NCBI GenBank assembly: GCA_046582655.1
Contig: JAYGDX010000151.1
Coordinates: 1-30,276 of the forward strand
Length of the DNA stretch: 30,276 nucleotides
Source: Candidatus Poribacteria bacterium
GTDB taxonomy: Bacteria > Poribacteria > WGA-4E > UBA9662
Direction of reading: 5' to 3'
Below, in pieces: positions 18,175 through 27,326 of the stretch; the first letter of the stretch is position 1, and each line of letters opens with the position of its first letter. The position numbers and the translations under genes are program-made. The notes beneath the pieces were generated by a model. It saw nothing but the letters and a program-made list of their open reading frames with translations. It ran no database searches and had not been told where the DNA came from.

Positions 18175-18186
18175 TGCTATTATAAT
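18175..18186 (+). promoter_or_regulatory. Possible extended -10 promoter for the LamG gene
   Basis: TGcTATTAT overlapping TATAAT (18181-18186) in an AT-rich tract. No clear -35. Confidence 0.3.
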
Positions 18187-18331
18187 ATAATCAATGAACA
18201 GGGAGGTGTTTCTCGCTTTTGCAGGAAGCTGATTAGCTTGACTAGATTAAGATCCAGTGAAAAACTTGTTTTCAACAACAAACTAAAAGTCTTTTAGCAT
18301 GCATCAGAATCGGAAAGGAGATTGAGAGGAA

Positions 18332-19174
18332 ATGGAACCGAGCATCCAGAAAGTGACTCTGGTATACATTAGTTTAATCGTCCTAGGATTTTGGTTTAGT
18401 AACCTAGGATATACAAAAATTGATCCTAAAGATATTATAGGCGTATGGCTGTTTGACGAAGAAAGTGGTAACACCATCAAGGATTCATCTGGGAATGGAA
18501 ACGATGGGGAAGCGCTTGGCAAGTTCAAGAGGAAACCTGGCAAGTTTGGTGGTGGATTTGAATTTCCTGGAGTTGATGGTAAAAACCACATTGAAATTCC
18601 AGATCCAAAGAATGCGGTAGATGCACTGACTGAGTCCTTTGCCGTCTCGATGTGGGTAAAGATTAATACTAGAGGAATAAACCAACGCATGTTTTCCTAT
18701 GAAGGCGGAGGTAAAAGGAACATCGTTTTTGAAGTTAATCATGGCGCAGGCGATGTTGGCCGGATTGTTTATACTGTTGGAGGGCAGTGTTGTAACTGGG
18801 CCGATGCTGAAGCCGTTGATAAAATTACCGATAGTAAGTGGCACCATGTTGTTGGGATTTTCAACAGTAAAGATGATGTGTTGCTTACCTTCACAGATGG
18901 GAAAATTGGACAGAAAAAGTGTATGGGCGACCCCGGAGATTGCAAACAACCAGCTGATGCCGCTCCAGACGGCACACCACTTGTGATTGGCTCCCGCCCA
19001 GCTGGAACTGGCAATTTGGATGGTATGGTCGATGATATCGCCCTTTTTAACCGGGGCTTGACTAAAGTAGAAATTTTAGAAATTAGAGATAGTGGATTGG
19101 AAAGAACTCTTGCTATTTCCCCCAAAGGTAAACTAGCAGCTGTTTGGGGAAGAGTCAAGGGTGTTGCCCATTAG
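18332..19174 (+). CDS. Secreted LamG-like jellyroll (concanavalin A-like lectin/glucanase) domain protein with Poribacteria-type C-terminal motif
   Basis: Signal peptide, 'GVWLFDEESG..IKDSSGNGNDG', 'GKFG', 'WHHVVG', 'DGMVDDIALFNRGL', C-terminal 'AISPKGKLAAVWGRVK'. Confidence 0.87.
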   Translation: MEPSIQKVTLVYISLIVLGFWFSNLGYTKIDPKDIIGVWLFDEESGNTIKDSSGNGNDGEALGKFKRKPGKFGGGFEFPGVDGKNHIEIPDPKNAVDALTESFAVSMWVKINTRGINQRMFSYEGGGKRNIVFEVNHGAGDVGRIVYTVGGQCCNWADAEAVDKITDSKWHHVVGIFNSKDDVLLTFTDGKIGQKKCMGDPGDCKQPADAAPDGTPLVIGSRPAGTGNLDGMVDDIALFNRGLTKVEILEIRDSGLERTLAISPKGKLAAVWGRVKGVAH

Positions 19175-19181
19175 TCAATTT

Positions 19182-20475
19182 GTGCCTGAACCGGGCAAAC
19201 CGTGGGAATATGGTGGAAGTTAGCAGTCCACGCGAATTGCACTCTATGGCACCATAATGTATGATCCAACTATGGGAAATACTGGATGTGGTACATGCGC
19301 CGCATGGGATCACACTAGCGTTTTAACGCACACACGATTCCCAGACTACTTGTTACGCAGAGAGCGAGGACGGACTAAAACAGGCAAAACCCAATCCGGG
19401 AATTTTTGAATTCAACGGAGAGACTAACAACAATATTGTTTGGGATTTGCGTGGTGCTTCCGTCTTCCGCGATCTGGAAGAATCCAGCCCGAAAAACGTT
19501 ATAAGGCAATCGGTTTTTGTCAAAGGTACCACAATATTTCTCTGTTGACATCGCCAAACAGAATTCGGTGGGACTTTGGATAACTTGGATCCCATGGCTA
19601 AGCGGAAAAATGAGGCCGTTTTTTTAACGTCGTCTATGATCCTGTTGAGGATCTTTACAGAGCTTACGCACTAGGACGTGACAGAGATGAACATGTGCGT
19701 CGAATATTATACTGACAGTCCCAGTTTATCTGGACTCTGGAAGGATCTGAAACCGATGCTTCGTGCTAATTCTCACGACGATAAAGTGGATGACCAGAAA
19801 TACAAGTCGATGCGGGCCGAAATCCATAATCTATCCGGATTCCGGTACCATAACATTGACATCAGCCTTGTCAGTATGTTACACGTCACTGGTCCGAGGG
19901 CGCCAGAACACGAGATGCCAGTTGATGGCCCGATTGACGCCCAACTGGTTTATAGTCGTAACGATATCAACTGGCACCATTTTGACAGTGGGAGGACACC
20001 GATTATTATACGCGGTGCAAGCAGTGCTTTTGATAACGCCATGATATAGGTACAGCAAAAGAGCTGATCATCGAAGATGAACAGATCCACTGGTTCTATA
20101 CAGGTTGCCATGTTACCCATGGTGCCGCACTGAAAGATCGGCATAAAGCTCTTGGACGTGCGACTTGGCGATTAGATGGATTTGTCTCTCTTGATGTAGA
20201 TTCGACTGAGGGCGTAGTTGAAACCATACCGCTACGAATTCCCAGAGGTAATCTCCACATCAATGCTAATGCCAGCAACGGCAGGTTTGGTGTTAAAGTG
20301 TTGTTCCCAACAGAAGAATTCAACCCAGTTTTTCCATCACTGATTGCCTGCCGATAACTAGTAACAGTGTTCGTTATACCGTTCGGTAGAAGAAGAAGTC
20401 TCTATTAGAAATCCAGCAATCGCTTTGGTTTCGGTTTAGATTTAACCAGACTGAATTTTATAGTTTTGGTATCAT
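19182..20475 (+). pseudogene. Degraded five-bladed beta-propeller glycoside hydrolase (GH32/GH43-like) gene with C-terminal beta-sandwich
   Basis: Colinear fragments in shifting frames: 'KPWEYGG*', 'LYGTIMYDP', 'YWMWY', 'CYAESEDGL..KPN.G..EFNG..NNNIV', 'YKAIG', 'QLVYSRNDINW', 'IHWFYTG', 'WRLDGFVSLD', 'LHINANA', 'EFYSF'. Several in-frame stops and frameshifts, and no start region. Confidence 0.8.
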
Positions 20476-20517
20476 AACAACTTACACAACACGTGGGACA
20501 GATTTAGAAAACTGGGT

Positions 20518-22014
20518 ATGAAGAATAAACCCAACATTATTTTCATTTATGCCGACGACCTAGGACAAGGCATGCTGAGCAGTTATGGCCAGCAACACTT
20601 TGACACACCGAATATCGACCGGCTGGCGAGAGAAGGGATGCAGTTTACTCAAGCCTATGGGTGTGCATTTTGTGCGCCATCGCGAGCTAGTATGATGACA
20701 GGACTTCACGATTGTCATCAGGGAACATGGACCTACACTCGAGGCGGTATCTATAATCAACTCAGTACCGGGCAGATCACCTTGCGGGAAATAAACGAAC
20801 TGATCCACACAACCGGTCTCCAAGCTGGTGTTAATGAAGTATTTTTGGCCCAGATAGCTGAGGACGCAGGCTATGTCACCGGGCAAATTGGCAAGTGTGA
20901 ATGGGGTTTTGACACAACCGGAGACCGTATTCGCCGCCATGGTTGGCAATATCACTACGGTTACTATGACCATGCACGTTGCCACGGCTTTTATCCGCCG
21001 TTCCTTTTTGAAAATGGACAGATGGTAGAAATTCGGGGCAATACTCACCCTGACTGTGGCGTTCATCCGGACTGGGAGTCGTCGGAGAATTCAGAAATCC
21101 GGCAGGACAGGAAGGGGAAAGCCGTCTATTCTCAAGATATCTTCGACCAAAAAATCAAGAAATTCCTTCGACAACACCAGAACAACCCCTTTTTTCTTTA
21201 TCATCCATCCCAATTACCGCATGGACCGATAGCCATCCCTCAGATCCATCCAGCGGTAAAAAATAATCCACATCTGACCCAGTTTGAGAAAGAGTACGCA
21301 TCCATGGTCCTCAAACTGGACCAGACCGTTGGTATCATTCTAGACGAACTGGAACGATTGGATATTGACGATCGAACAATGATCGTCTTCTCTTCTGATA
21401 ATGGGCACGAAGTATACGCACTGCAGGAAGGTCGAACATCTGGTCAGCGACAGGATTTGAAGGGTCAACCTTTCGACAATATCGAAACCAAATTCTATTC
21501 CGAAACTGGTGGGGATATCTTTGATGGTAACGCTGGCATGGCCGGATTGAAATGGTCGAATTGGGAAGGAGGTACAAGGATTCCCTATCTGGTGCGTTTC
21601 CCTGGTACGATTGAACCTGAGAGCTTGTCAGACCATATGCTGGCCAATTTTGACTTTATGCCGACCTTAGCCGATCTGATTGGTGCGAACACACCAGCTG
21701 GAAAAGATGGAATCTCATTCCTGCCCACGCTTCTAGGTGAACCACAGGAACAACACGAGTTTATTGTATACGCTTCTGGACAAGGTCCGGCATTAGTCAC
21801 GGCAGGTGGTTGGAAACTTCGATATATCAATCAAAATGAAACTTTCCAACTTTACCATCTCAAAGAGGACTATCGGGAAGAAAATGATCTGACGGCAGAT
21901 CATCCAGATCTTGTTGATAAACTTAGCCAAGATTTGTTCACCGCCTGCGACAACGACTATCGTCATGGGACCCCCCAAGCTCATTATGCTGCCTATCCTG
22001 AAACATACGCCTAA
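20518..22014 (+). CDS. Arylsulfatase (S1, formylglycine-dependent)
   Basis: 'PNIIFIYADDLG', CAPSR signature (CAPSRASMMTG), 'GY.TG.IGK', 'PH.P', 'SSDNG', 'EGGTRIP'. No signal peptide. Confidence 0.92.
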   Translation: MKNKPNIIFIYADDLGQGMLSSYGQQHFDTPNIDRLAREGMQFTQAYGCAFCAPSRASMMTGLHDCHQGTWTYTRGGIYNQLSTGQITLREINELIHTTGLQAGVNEVFLAQIAEDAGYVTGQIGKCEWGFDTTGDRIRRHGWQYHYGYYDHARCHGFYPPFLFENGQMVEIRGNTHPDCGVHPDWESSENSEIRQDRKGKAVYSQDIFDQKIKKFLRQHQNNPFFLYHPSQLPHGPIAIPQIHPAVKNNPHLTQFEKEYASMVLKLDQTVGIILDELERLDIDDRTMIVFSSDNGHEVYALQEGRTSGQRQDLKGQPFDNIETKFYSETGGDIFDGNAGMAGLKWSNWEGGTRIPYLVRFPGTIEPESLSDHMLANFDFMPTLADLIGANTPAGKDGISFLPTLLGEPQEQHEFIVYASGQGPALVTAGGWKLRYINQNETFQLYHLKEDYREENDLTADHPDLVDKLSQDLFTACDNDYRHGTPQAHYAAYPETYA

Positions 22015-22065
22015 GACCGTCATTAAGCAATGTACCTATCGATAAAAAGACCACTGAAACATGGC

Positions 22066-22094
22066 TTGACGAAACTTGGTTGTGGCGCTAGAAT
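22066..22094 (+). promoter_or_regulatory. Sigma70-type promoter upstream of the AKR-PhyH pair
   Basis: TTGACG (22066-22071), 17-nt spacer, TAGAAT (22089-22094). Confidence 0.65.
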
Positions 22095-22204
22095 CCTGTT
22101 TGAGCTTGGGTTACGGGGATCTTTGTTTTTGAAATAACATCTCTGACGTGGCTTGTCAACTCCGTACTGTCTAAACAAATGAATTAATAAAAAAAGGAGA
22201 AACT

Positions 22205-23191
22205 ATGGAATATGTGAATTTCGGGGATGCTGGCGTTAAAGTCAGCCGGCTGGCTTTCGGTTTGGGACTCAGAGGCCAACCTGACGAGACGGAAGCCCAA
22301 CGGGTAATTGAACATGCTTTTGATCTTGGAATCAACTTCATTGATTGCGCTAACCTCTATGGACCAAACGACGACCGGGCTAACACTGGACGATCAGAAG
22401 TTGTTCTGGGCAAAGCATTAAAAGGGAGACGTGATGATATCGTGATCACCACCAAAGTTGCCGCTGCTATCGGTCCTGGACCAAACGATGAAGGGTTATC
22501 CCGGTATCACGTTATGCGTGAAGTTGAGCGATCGCTCAAACGCCTAGGCACGGATTATATCGATATCTATCTGGTGCACCGTTTCGATCAATTAACGCCG
22601 CTTGAAGAAACCATACGTACACTGGACGATCTAGTCCACATGGGGAAGGTACGTTACGTTGGGTGTTGTAACTACGCCGCTTGGCAAGTTTGCAAATCAT
22701 TGTGGATTGCGGACCGGATCAATGCCGCACCATACATATGTGCCCAAAACCTGTATAACCTTTTGAATCGGCAAATGGAAGGAGAAATGTTTAGCCTGAT
22801 TCGAGACATGGGGTTGGGGGCAATGGCCTTCAGTCCGTTGGCGGTTGGCCTCTTGAGCGGGATCTACTCACCAGATCGTCCGCCACCAGTTGGATCCCTT
22901 TTTGCTACCCGTAACCGAGAAGACTTTACACGGATGATGGAAGAGAGCGTTTCGCAGGTGATCGCCACCGTCAGTCGACTTGCTGGTGAACTGGATAAGA
23001 CACCAGCACAATTAGCTCTAGCCTGGGTGCTTTCACATCCGGAAATAACGGTAGCCATTACCGGTGGCGATACTATTGAACACCTCAATGACAACATTGG
23101 CGCAATCGGCTGGGAACTCGACGATGGCATACGTGAACAACTTGATTCCGTATCCGAGACATTCGTCCAACGCCCCAAAGGTAGCGTGTAA
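22205..23191 (+). CDS. Aldo/keto reductase
   Basis: Catalytic tetrad intact: 'FIDCANLY', 'ITTKV', 'SLKRLGTDYIDIYLVH'. Also 'SPLAVG' and 'QLALAWVL'. AAGGAG RBS. Confidence 0.93.
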   Translation: MEYVNFGDAGVKVSRLAFGLGLRGQPDETEAQRVIEHAFDLGINFIDCANLYGPNDDRANTGRSEVVLGKALKGRRDDIVITTKVAAAIGPGPNDEGLSRYHVMREVERSLKRLGTDYIDIYLVHRFDQLTPLEETIRTLDDLVHMGKVRYVGCCNYAAWQVCKSLWIADRINAAPYICAQNLYNLLNRQMEGEMFSLIRDMGLGAMAFSPLAVGLLSGIYSPDRPPPVGSLFATRNREDFTRMMEESVSQVIATVSRLAGELDKTPAQLALAWVLSHPEITVAITGGDTIEHLNDNIGAIGWELDDGIREQLDSVSETFVQRPKGSV

Positions 23192-23225
23192 TTTTCATCC
23201 CAACAAACTAGGATCAGGGGGTTAT

Positions 23226-24035
23226 ATGCAACTGAGTGCTGACGAACTAAAGAGCGGATCGCTGAATCCGAGCACCCTTACTTTCGCGATTCAACAGATC
23301 AAAATGAACGGTCACGTGGTTTTTGAATCCGTCATTCCTCCCGATCTAATTAGTGAACTTCGCACACATTTTAATCAGCTTTTAGACCATGATGTGGCAA
23401 CCAAAGAAGCCAATCGCGGTAAAAACCGGTACCAGATGCACCTGCCCTTCATTAAACCATTTATTCATCAACAAGTCGTAGCCAATCCGATTGTTCTTTC
23501 CATTATTGATGAGTTTCTGGGAGAAAATTGTATTTGTCATTATCTGGGAGGAAACACACCACTGCCCGATGCGGAATATCAAATATTGCATTCTGATATC
23601 CACCAACTCTTTCCTGATTCGGATGTGGTCTCACCTGTTTACTGCATCGTTCTGGACATTCCGCTGGTTGATTTTCGGCAGGACAACGGTGCCATGGAAA
23701 TCTGGCCGGGCGGGACACACCTGATGCCGAACGGCATTGATATTGAAACAGTGTCAAAAATAACGCACTCAGAACAGGTAATCATGCCAACTGGATCCTT
23801 ACTGATTCGAGACGCACGAATGTGGCACCGCGGCACACCAAATCAGTCAAACACACCACGGCCCAACATGGCTTTGATGTATGCGTGCCACTGGTTTAAG
23901 ACGATGTATCCACAAATTGGGATCCGACAGGATATTTATGATTCGCTTTCGGAACGGAGCAAACAGCTTTTCCGGCATGAGGCAGTCGGTACTGGAGAAG
24001 ATCCACGCGAAATGATGGTGACACGCTGGACCTGA
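23226..24035 (+). CDS. PhyH family Fe(II)/2OG dioxygenase (KanJ-like subtype)
   Basis: 'QILHSD', 'DIPLVDF..DNGAMEIWPGGTH', 'GSLLIRDARMWHRGTPN.S..PRP'. Start reassigned to ATG 23226. Confidence 0.87.
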   Translation: MQLSADELKSGSLNPSTLTFAIQQIKMNGHVVFESVIPPDLISELRTHFNQLLDHDVATKEANRGKNRYQMHLPFIKPFIHQQVVANPIVLSIIDEFLGENCICHYLGGNTPLPDAEYQILHSDIHQLFPDSDVVSPVYCIVLDIPLVDFRQDNGAMEIWPGGTHLMPNGIDIETVSKITHSEQVIMPTGSLLIRDARMWHRGTPNQSNTPRPNMALMYACHWFKTMYPQIGIRQDIYDSLSERSKQLFRHEAVGTGEDPREMMVTRWT

Positions 24036-24206
24036 GATCTATCTGAAAACTATCTATCAATAATACCACAGGTCAAAGAGAGTATGCGACCAGATACTCA
24101 AATCGGTTTGAAATAGCCACGGTAAATGCAGACATAGGTGGGCTTTCATTATCGTTATGGGAAACATAGTTGGTTGCAGAGCAGGTCGGCGCAATCTCCA
24201 CTCCGC

Positions 24207-24235
24207 TGAGGATAGGTGGTAGTTTTCTATCCTCA
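24207..24235. other. Stem-loop at the 3' end of the DUF6785 gene
   Basis: Perfect 9-bp inverted repeat TGAGGATAG / CTATCCTCA with an 11-nt loop, overlapping the stop codon. No U-tract, so not a classic intrinsic terminator. Confidence 0.35.
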
Positions 24236-26155
24236 ATACCAAGTGCCGCCATTCAAATAAATCATGTACACCTGCTGCTGCGTCAAAGCACCAAAGACCA
24301 TCCACAACGCCCCCACAACAAAATCACCTAAAATCAAGCCGAAGAAAAATAGTATGGTACGTTGATACCCTTTAACACCTCTAGACTTGAGAATGATTGT
24401 CTTCAGAACCCAACTGATGAAAAAGGTAAACCAGAAATAATCAATGGCAAAACTGACAGCCAAAGGATAGCCGGCAGGATGAAGAGGCCACCAATAAAAA
24501 CGGGTTCGTAAAATGTGCAAAATCAAGGTCAGCAAGATACCCAAGCCCATGAATACTGTACGCAACGTATCTGGTGGTGTAGGATGAAACAGCCAATTTT
24601 CCAAGCGATTAAAGGCTGTATCAGCCACCCAAATCTTAAAGAATGATACCTGAGCCAGTGCGCCATCACGATACATCATATCCAGATTGGTCCACATGCC
24701 AACAATCAGAGCAACCAAAGATCCAATCATCATAGCAATTACCAATCGACGCGTGTTGAATCCAACGACTTCAGCCATCTTGAGCGGCTCAAACTGGTTT
24801 GGCATAGCGTGCGAACGGTAACTTCGATTGAACCAATGGTAAAAACTCATTACAGTTAAGTTATGCCCACCCCAAACCGATGTCCCAAAAGCGGTTACCA
24901 TCATATCCGCTGGATGATTGAATATCCCATGGGGCGCACCAAATTCCGCCCGCAAACGGGTAACGGCAACGGCGATAACAAAGTAAAGAGCGAAGAAGGT
25001 AAGAATCGCCGTTAGGGTCATACCGGCACGGTAGGAGAAAATGGACATAAACAAAAACCCACCCACAAATCCAGCAATGGCTGTACGATAGCGCATCGGC
25101 TCATCAGCGTCGATGGACGATTTTCTGGATATGGCTGTTTGAACGACAGAAACCAGATGTCTGCGTGTTAACCAGACAGCGATGAAACACATACAAAGCC
25201 AAGCACCAGCGGATTGCTCATAAAAATAAGGGAAGCCGGGCAGATGAGTAACTCCCAAGTAACTACTCAGCACACGAGTCAACTGGCGGATCACAAAGAA
25301 AAACCAGCAGGTAAAAGAAAGATCTATAGGCAGAAAAAAACCGAGACCAATCATAAACGGATAGAACGATATTCTGGTGTCAGACATGGCACTCCACGGC
25401 TTTTCGACCAGTTGTCGACCAACAAAATGCAACTTCAAATGGAGATACGGCACAGCAGGAAACAGCACGTGCAACCCATTGATAAGATCTAAGACCGCAG
25501 GAATAGCGAAGCCGAGCCATAGTAGCCGGTGTCGCAGGAAATTCGGCGACTGTACCATAGCTATCGGGAGTTGGATGATGGGAAAGGCCAGCCGTTCGGT
25601 ATGTACCCATTGTCGACGAACCAAGATGTTGAGGCAGTGGAGCATAAATAGCAATACTAGTGTGAATACCGTCCAAATCAGTGTCGGCTTTAGCCAAGCG
25701 GTCAGGTGTTTCACCTGGTAAAAACTGGAATTTCCTTGATAGTATCCGGTCAATACCGCCTCTGTCGGGTTGGCAGTGAACCACGACGGGACATAATGAA
25801 AAAAGAGTTCTTTCCACTCATTTTCCTCGGTGGCGAACCAGTAGGGATGGACAATGAGAGCGAAGAAATCCTGCAACATACCGTACGAGGCTATAGAAGT
25901 TGAAACCACTAACATGGCGTAAATAGTCAGCAATTCACTTGACACCAATCGCTTCGAGGGCCAGAATTTCGACAGCAGGTAATTGAAAACAACTAAGCAG
26001 AAAAGAATAAAGACCGGATAGATGAATATTGGCAGAGCCGTAGCTTCAGCGCGGTACTTCATCTCCGTAACCGTGACCCAATATACATTAAAAGTGAGGA
26101 GGAACAGGCCGATTAAAATGGAACGCCATGTTGCGACCTGAGGAGAGGTATCCAA
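24233..26155 (-). CDS. DUF6785/DUF6784 polytopic membrane protein (putative OPT-like transporter)
   Basis: Many hydrophobic segments. Motifs 'ELLTIYAML', 'RRQWVHTERLAFPIIQLP', 'RLRAEFGAP', 'WWPLHPAGY', 'FFFGLILGDF'. Confidence 0.8.
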   Translation of the reverse strand: MDTSPQVATWRSILIGLFLLTFNVYWVTVTEMKYRAEATALPIFIYPVFILFCLVVFNYLLSKFWPSKRLVSSELLTIYAMLVVSTSIASYGMLQDFFALIVHPYWFATEENEWKELFFHYVPSWFTANPTEAVLTGYYQGNSSFYQVKHLTAWLKPTLIWTVFTLVLLFMLHCLNILVRRQWVHTERLAFPIIQLPIAMVQSPNFLRHRLLWLGFAIPAVLDLINGLHVLFPAVPYLHLKLHFVGRQLVEKPWSAMSDTRISFYPFMIGLGFFLPIDLSFTCWFFFVIRQLTRVLSSYLGVTHLPGFPYFYEQSAGAWLCMCFIAVWLTRRHLVSVVQTAISRKSSIDADEPMRYRTAIAGFVGGFLFMSIFSYRAGMTLTAILTFFALYFVIAVAVTRLRAEFGAPHGIFNHPADMMVTAFGTSVWGGHNLTVMSFYHWFNRSYRSHAMPNQFEPLKMAEVVGFNTRRLVIAMMIGSLVALIVGMWTNLDMMYRDGALAQVSFFKIWVADTAFNRLENWLFHPTPPDTLRTVFMGLGILLTLILHILRTRFYWWPLHPAGYPLAVSFAIDYFWFTFFISWVLKTIILKSRGVKGYQRTILFFFGLILGDFVVGALWMVFGALTQQQVYMIYLNGGTWY

Positions 26156-26295
26156 CTACCAATTCCTTATGGCAACCAACTTCCTAAATAACTGAGATTT
26201 GCCGGCTAAAACACCGCCTCATATGGTGAAGGCAAAAGTGTCAAGCACTGTACTTCTCATCTCCTTGTATTCGACGATACAAGGGGATATTTTAC

Positions 26296-27099
26296 TTAGA
26301 CCTCTTCCAAATCAAAAAGTGATGGAAAGAAACGGTGCGGATCTGCCGGTTCTGAGAAGAGAATCTTCTGGCGTGGAGTCAGTTCGATGTCCGCAGGCGG
26401 TCGCACACGTTTTGGCGACCAGACAACTTGTGATTGGCAATATTTATACAGTAGAGACCTTCGCTGGTGTTTTCCTATCCAAGCTGCTGTCCCATGCGTT
26501 AGTGACTCGGTAAACATGGTAACAGATCCCGCTGGAACCTCAGGGATTACTACACATGATGCTTGGTTGGAAGCATGAAACACCTTTTCCGGCAATCTGA
26601 AGTTGCTCTTGTGACTACCAGGAATACAGCAAAGTCCACCATGATCCGGTCCTGTGTCTGATAAATTCCAGATAACGACAGTGAACCCATGGTGAATAAT
26701 GTTATCAGGAAAATGGTAATATTCCCCTGACGGACACGAGATGTTTGGTGCAGATGCGCCGTAGTCCGCGTGCAGACGCCCCATTGGCATCCCTTCTTGC
26801 ATCTGTATGCCATAAAGCCGATCCAGCCGAAAGCAGTCCCCCAACCGGAATCGCAGAATGGGCATAATTTGAGGATGGTCTAATAAACCACAAAACGGTT
26901 GTCCCCAAGCCAAGAAACCGGGCCCTTCCGGCGCGCCTCCAGCCGCACTGCCAAATCTTAGCGCCTTTTTCGGTTCTGGTAAGGATTGCTGGTCAATCAG
27001 TTGGTTGAGCGTTGAGACCTCTTCTGGGGACAAGACATCTTCAACCACCAAATAACCCTGTAAATCGAATAAGTACTGTTGCATTTCTAAATCGCCCAT
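26296..27099 (-). CDS. PhyH family Fe(II)/2OG dioxygenase
   Basis: 'YLFDLQGYLVV', 'LHAD', 'GGLCCIPGSHK', 'AGSVTMFTESLTHG', 'RRSLLYKY'. GGAG RBS. Confidence 0.88.
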   Translation of the reverse strand: MGDLEMQQYLFDLQGYLVVEDVLSPEEVSTLNQLIDQQSLPEPKKALRFGSAAGGAPEGPGFLAWGQPFCGLLDHPQIMPILRFRLGDCFRLDRLYGIQMQEGMPMGRLHADYGASAPNISCPSGEYYHFPDNIIHHGFTVVIWNLSDTGPDHGGLCCIPGSHKSNFRLPEKVFHASNQASCVVIPEVPAGSVTMFTESLTHGTAAWIGKHQRRSLLYKYCQSQVVWSPKRVRPPADIELTPRQKILFSEPADPHRFFPSLFDLEEV

Positions 27100-27326
27100 G
27101 CTATCTTCTCCAATTAATCTAAAAGATTTAGAACAGCTTGGTCACAAGGTATCACGCTTTTAGATAGAGATCAAAAAGTTTCTGATCACATGAGTTATAT
27201 ATGACGACACCAAAACATACAGGGTATGAGATGGTTGCGGAAGGGGTTCATCATCTTGGTGATACCGTCTGATTGAACCTAACTCATTTCTCTGTAGGCC
27301 AAGATACGTCATGATGATTAACGGTC

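Noticed and set aside
7665..27099. Fe/2OG halogenases among the PhyH genes
   Set aside because: All five have HxD, not HxG or HxA.
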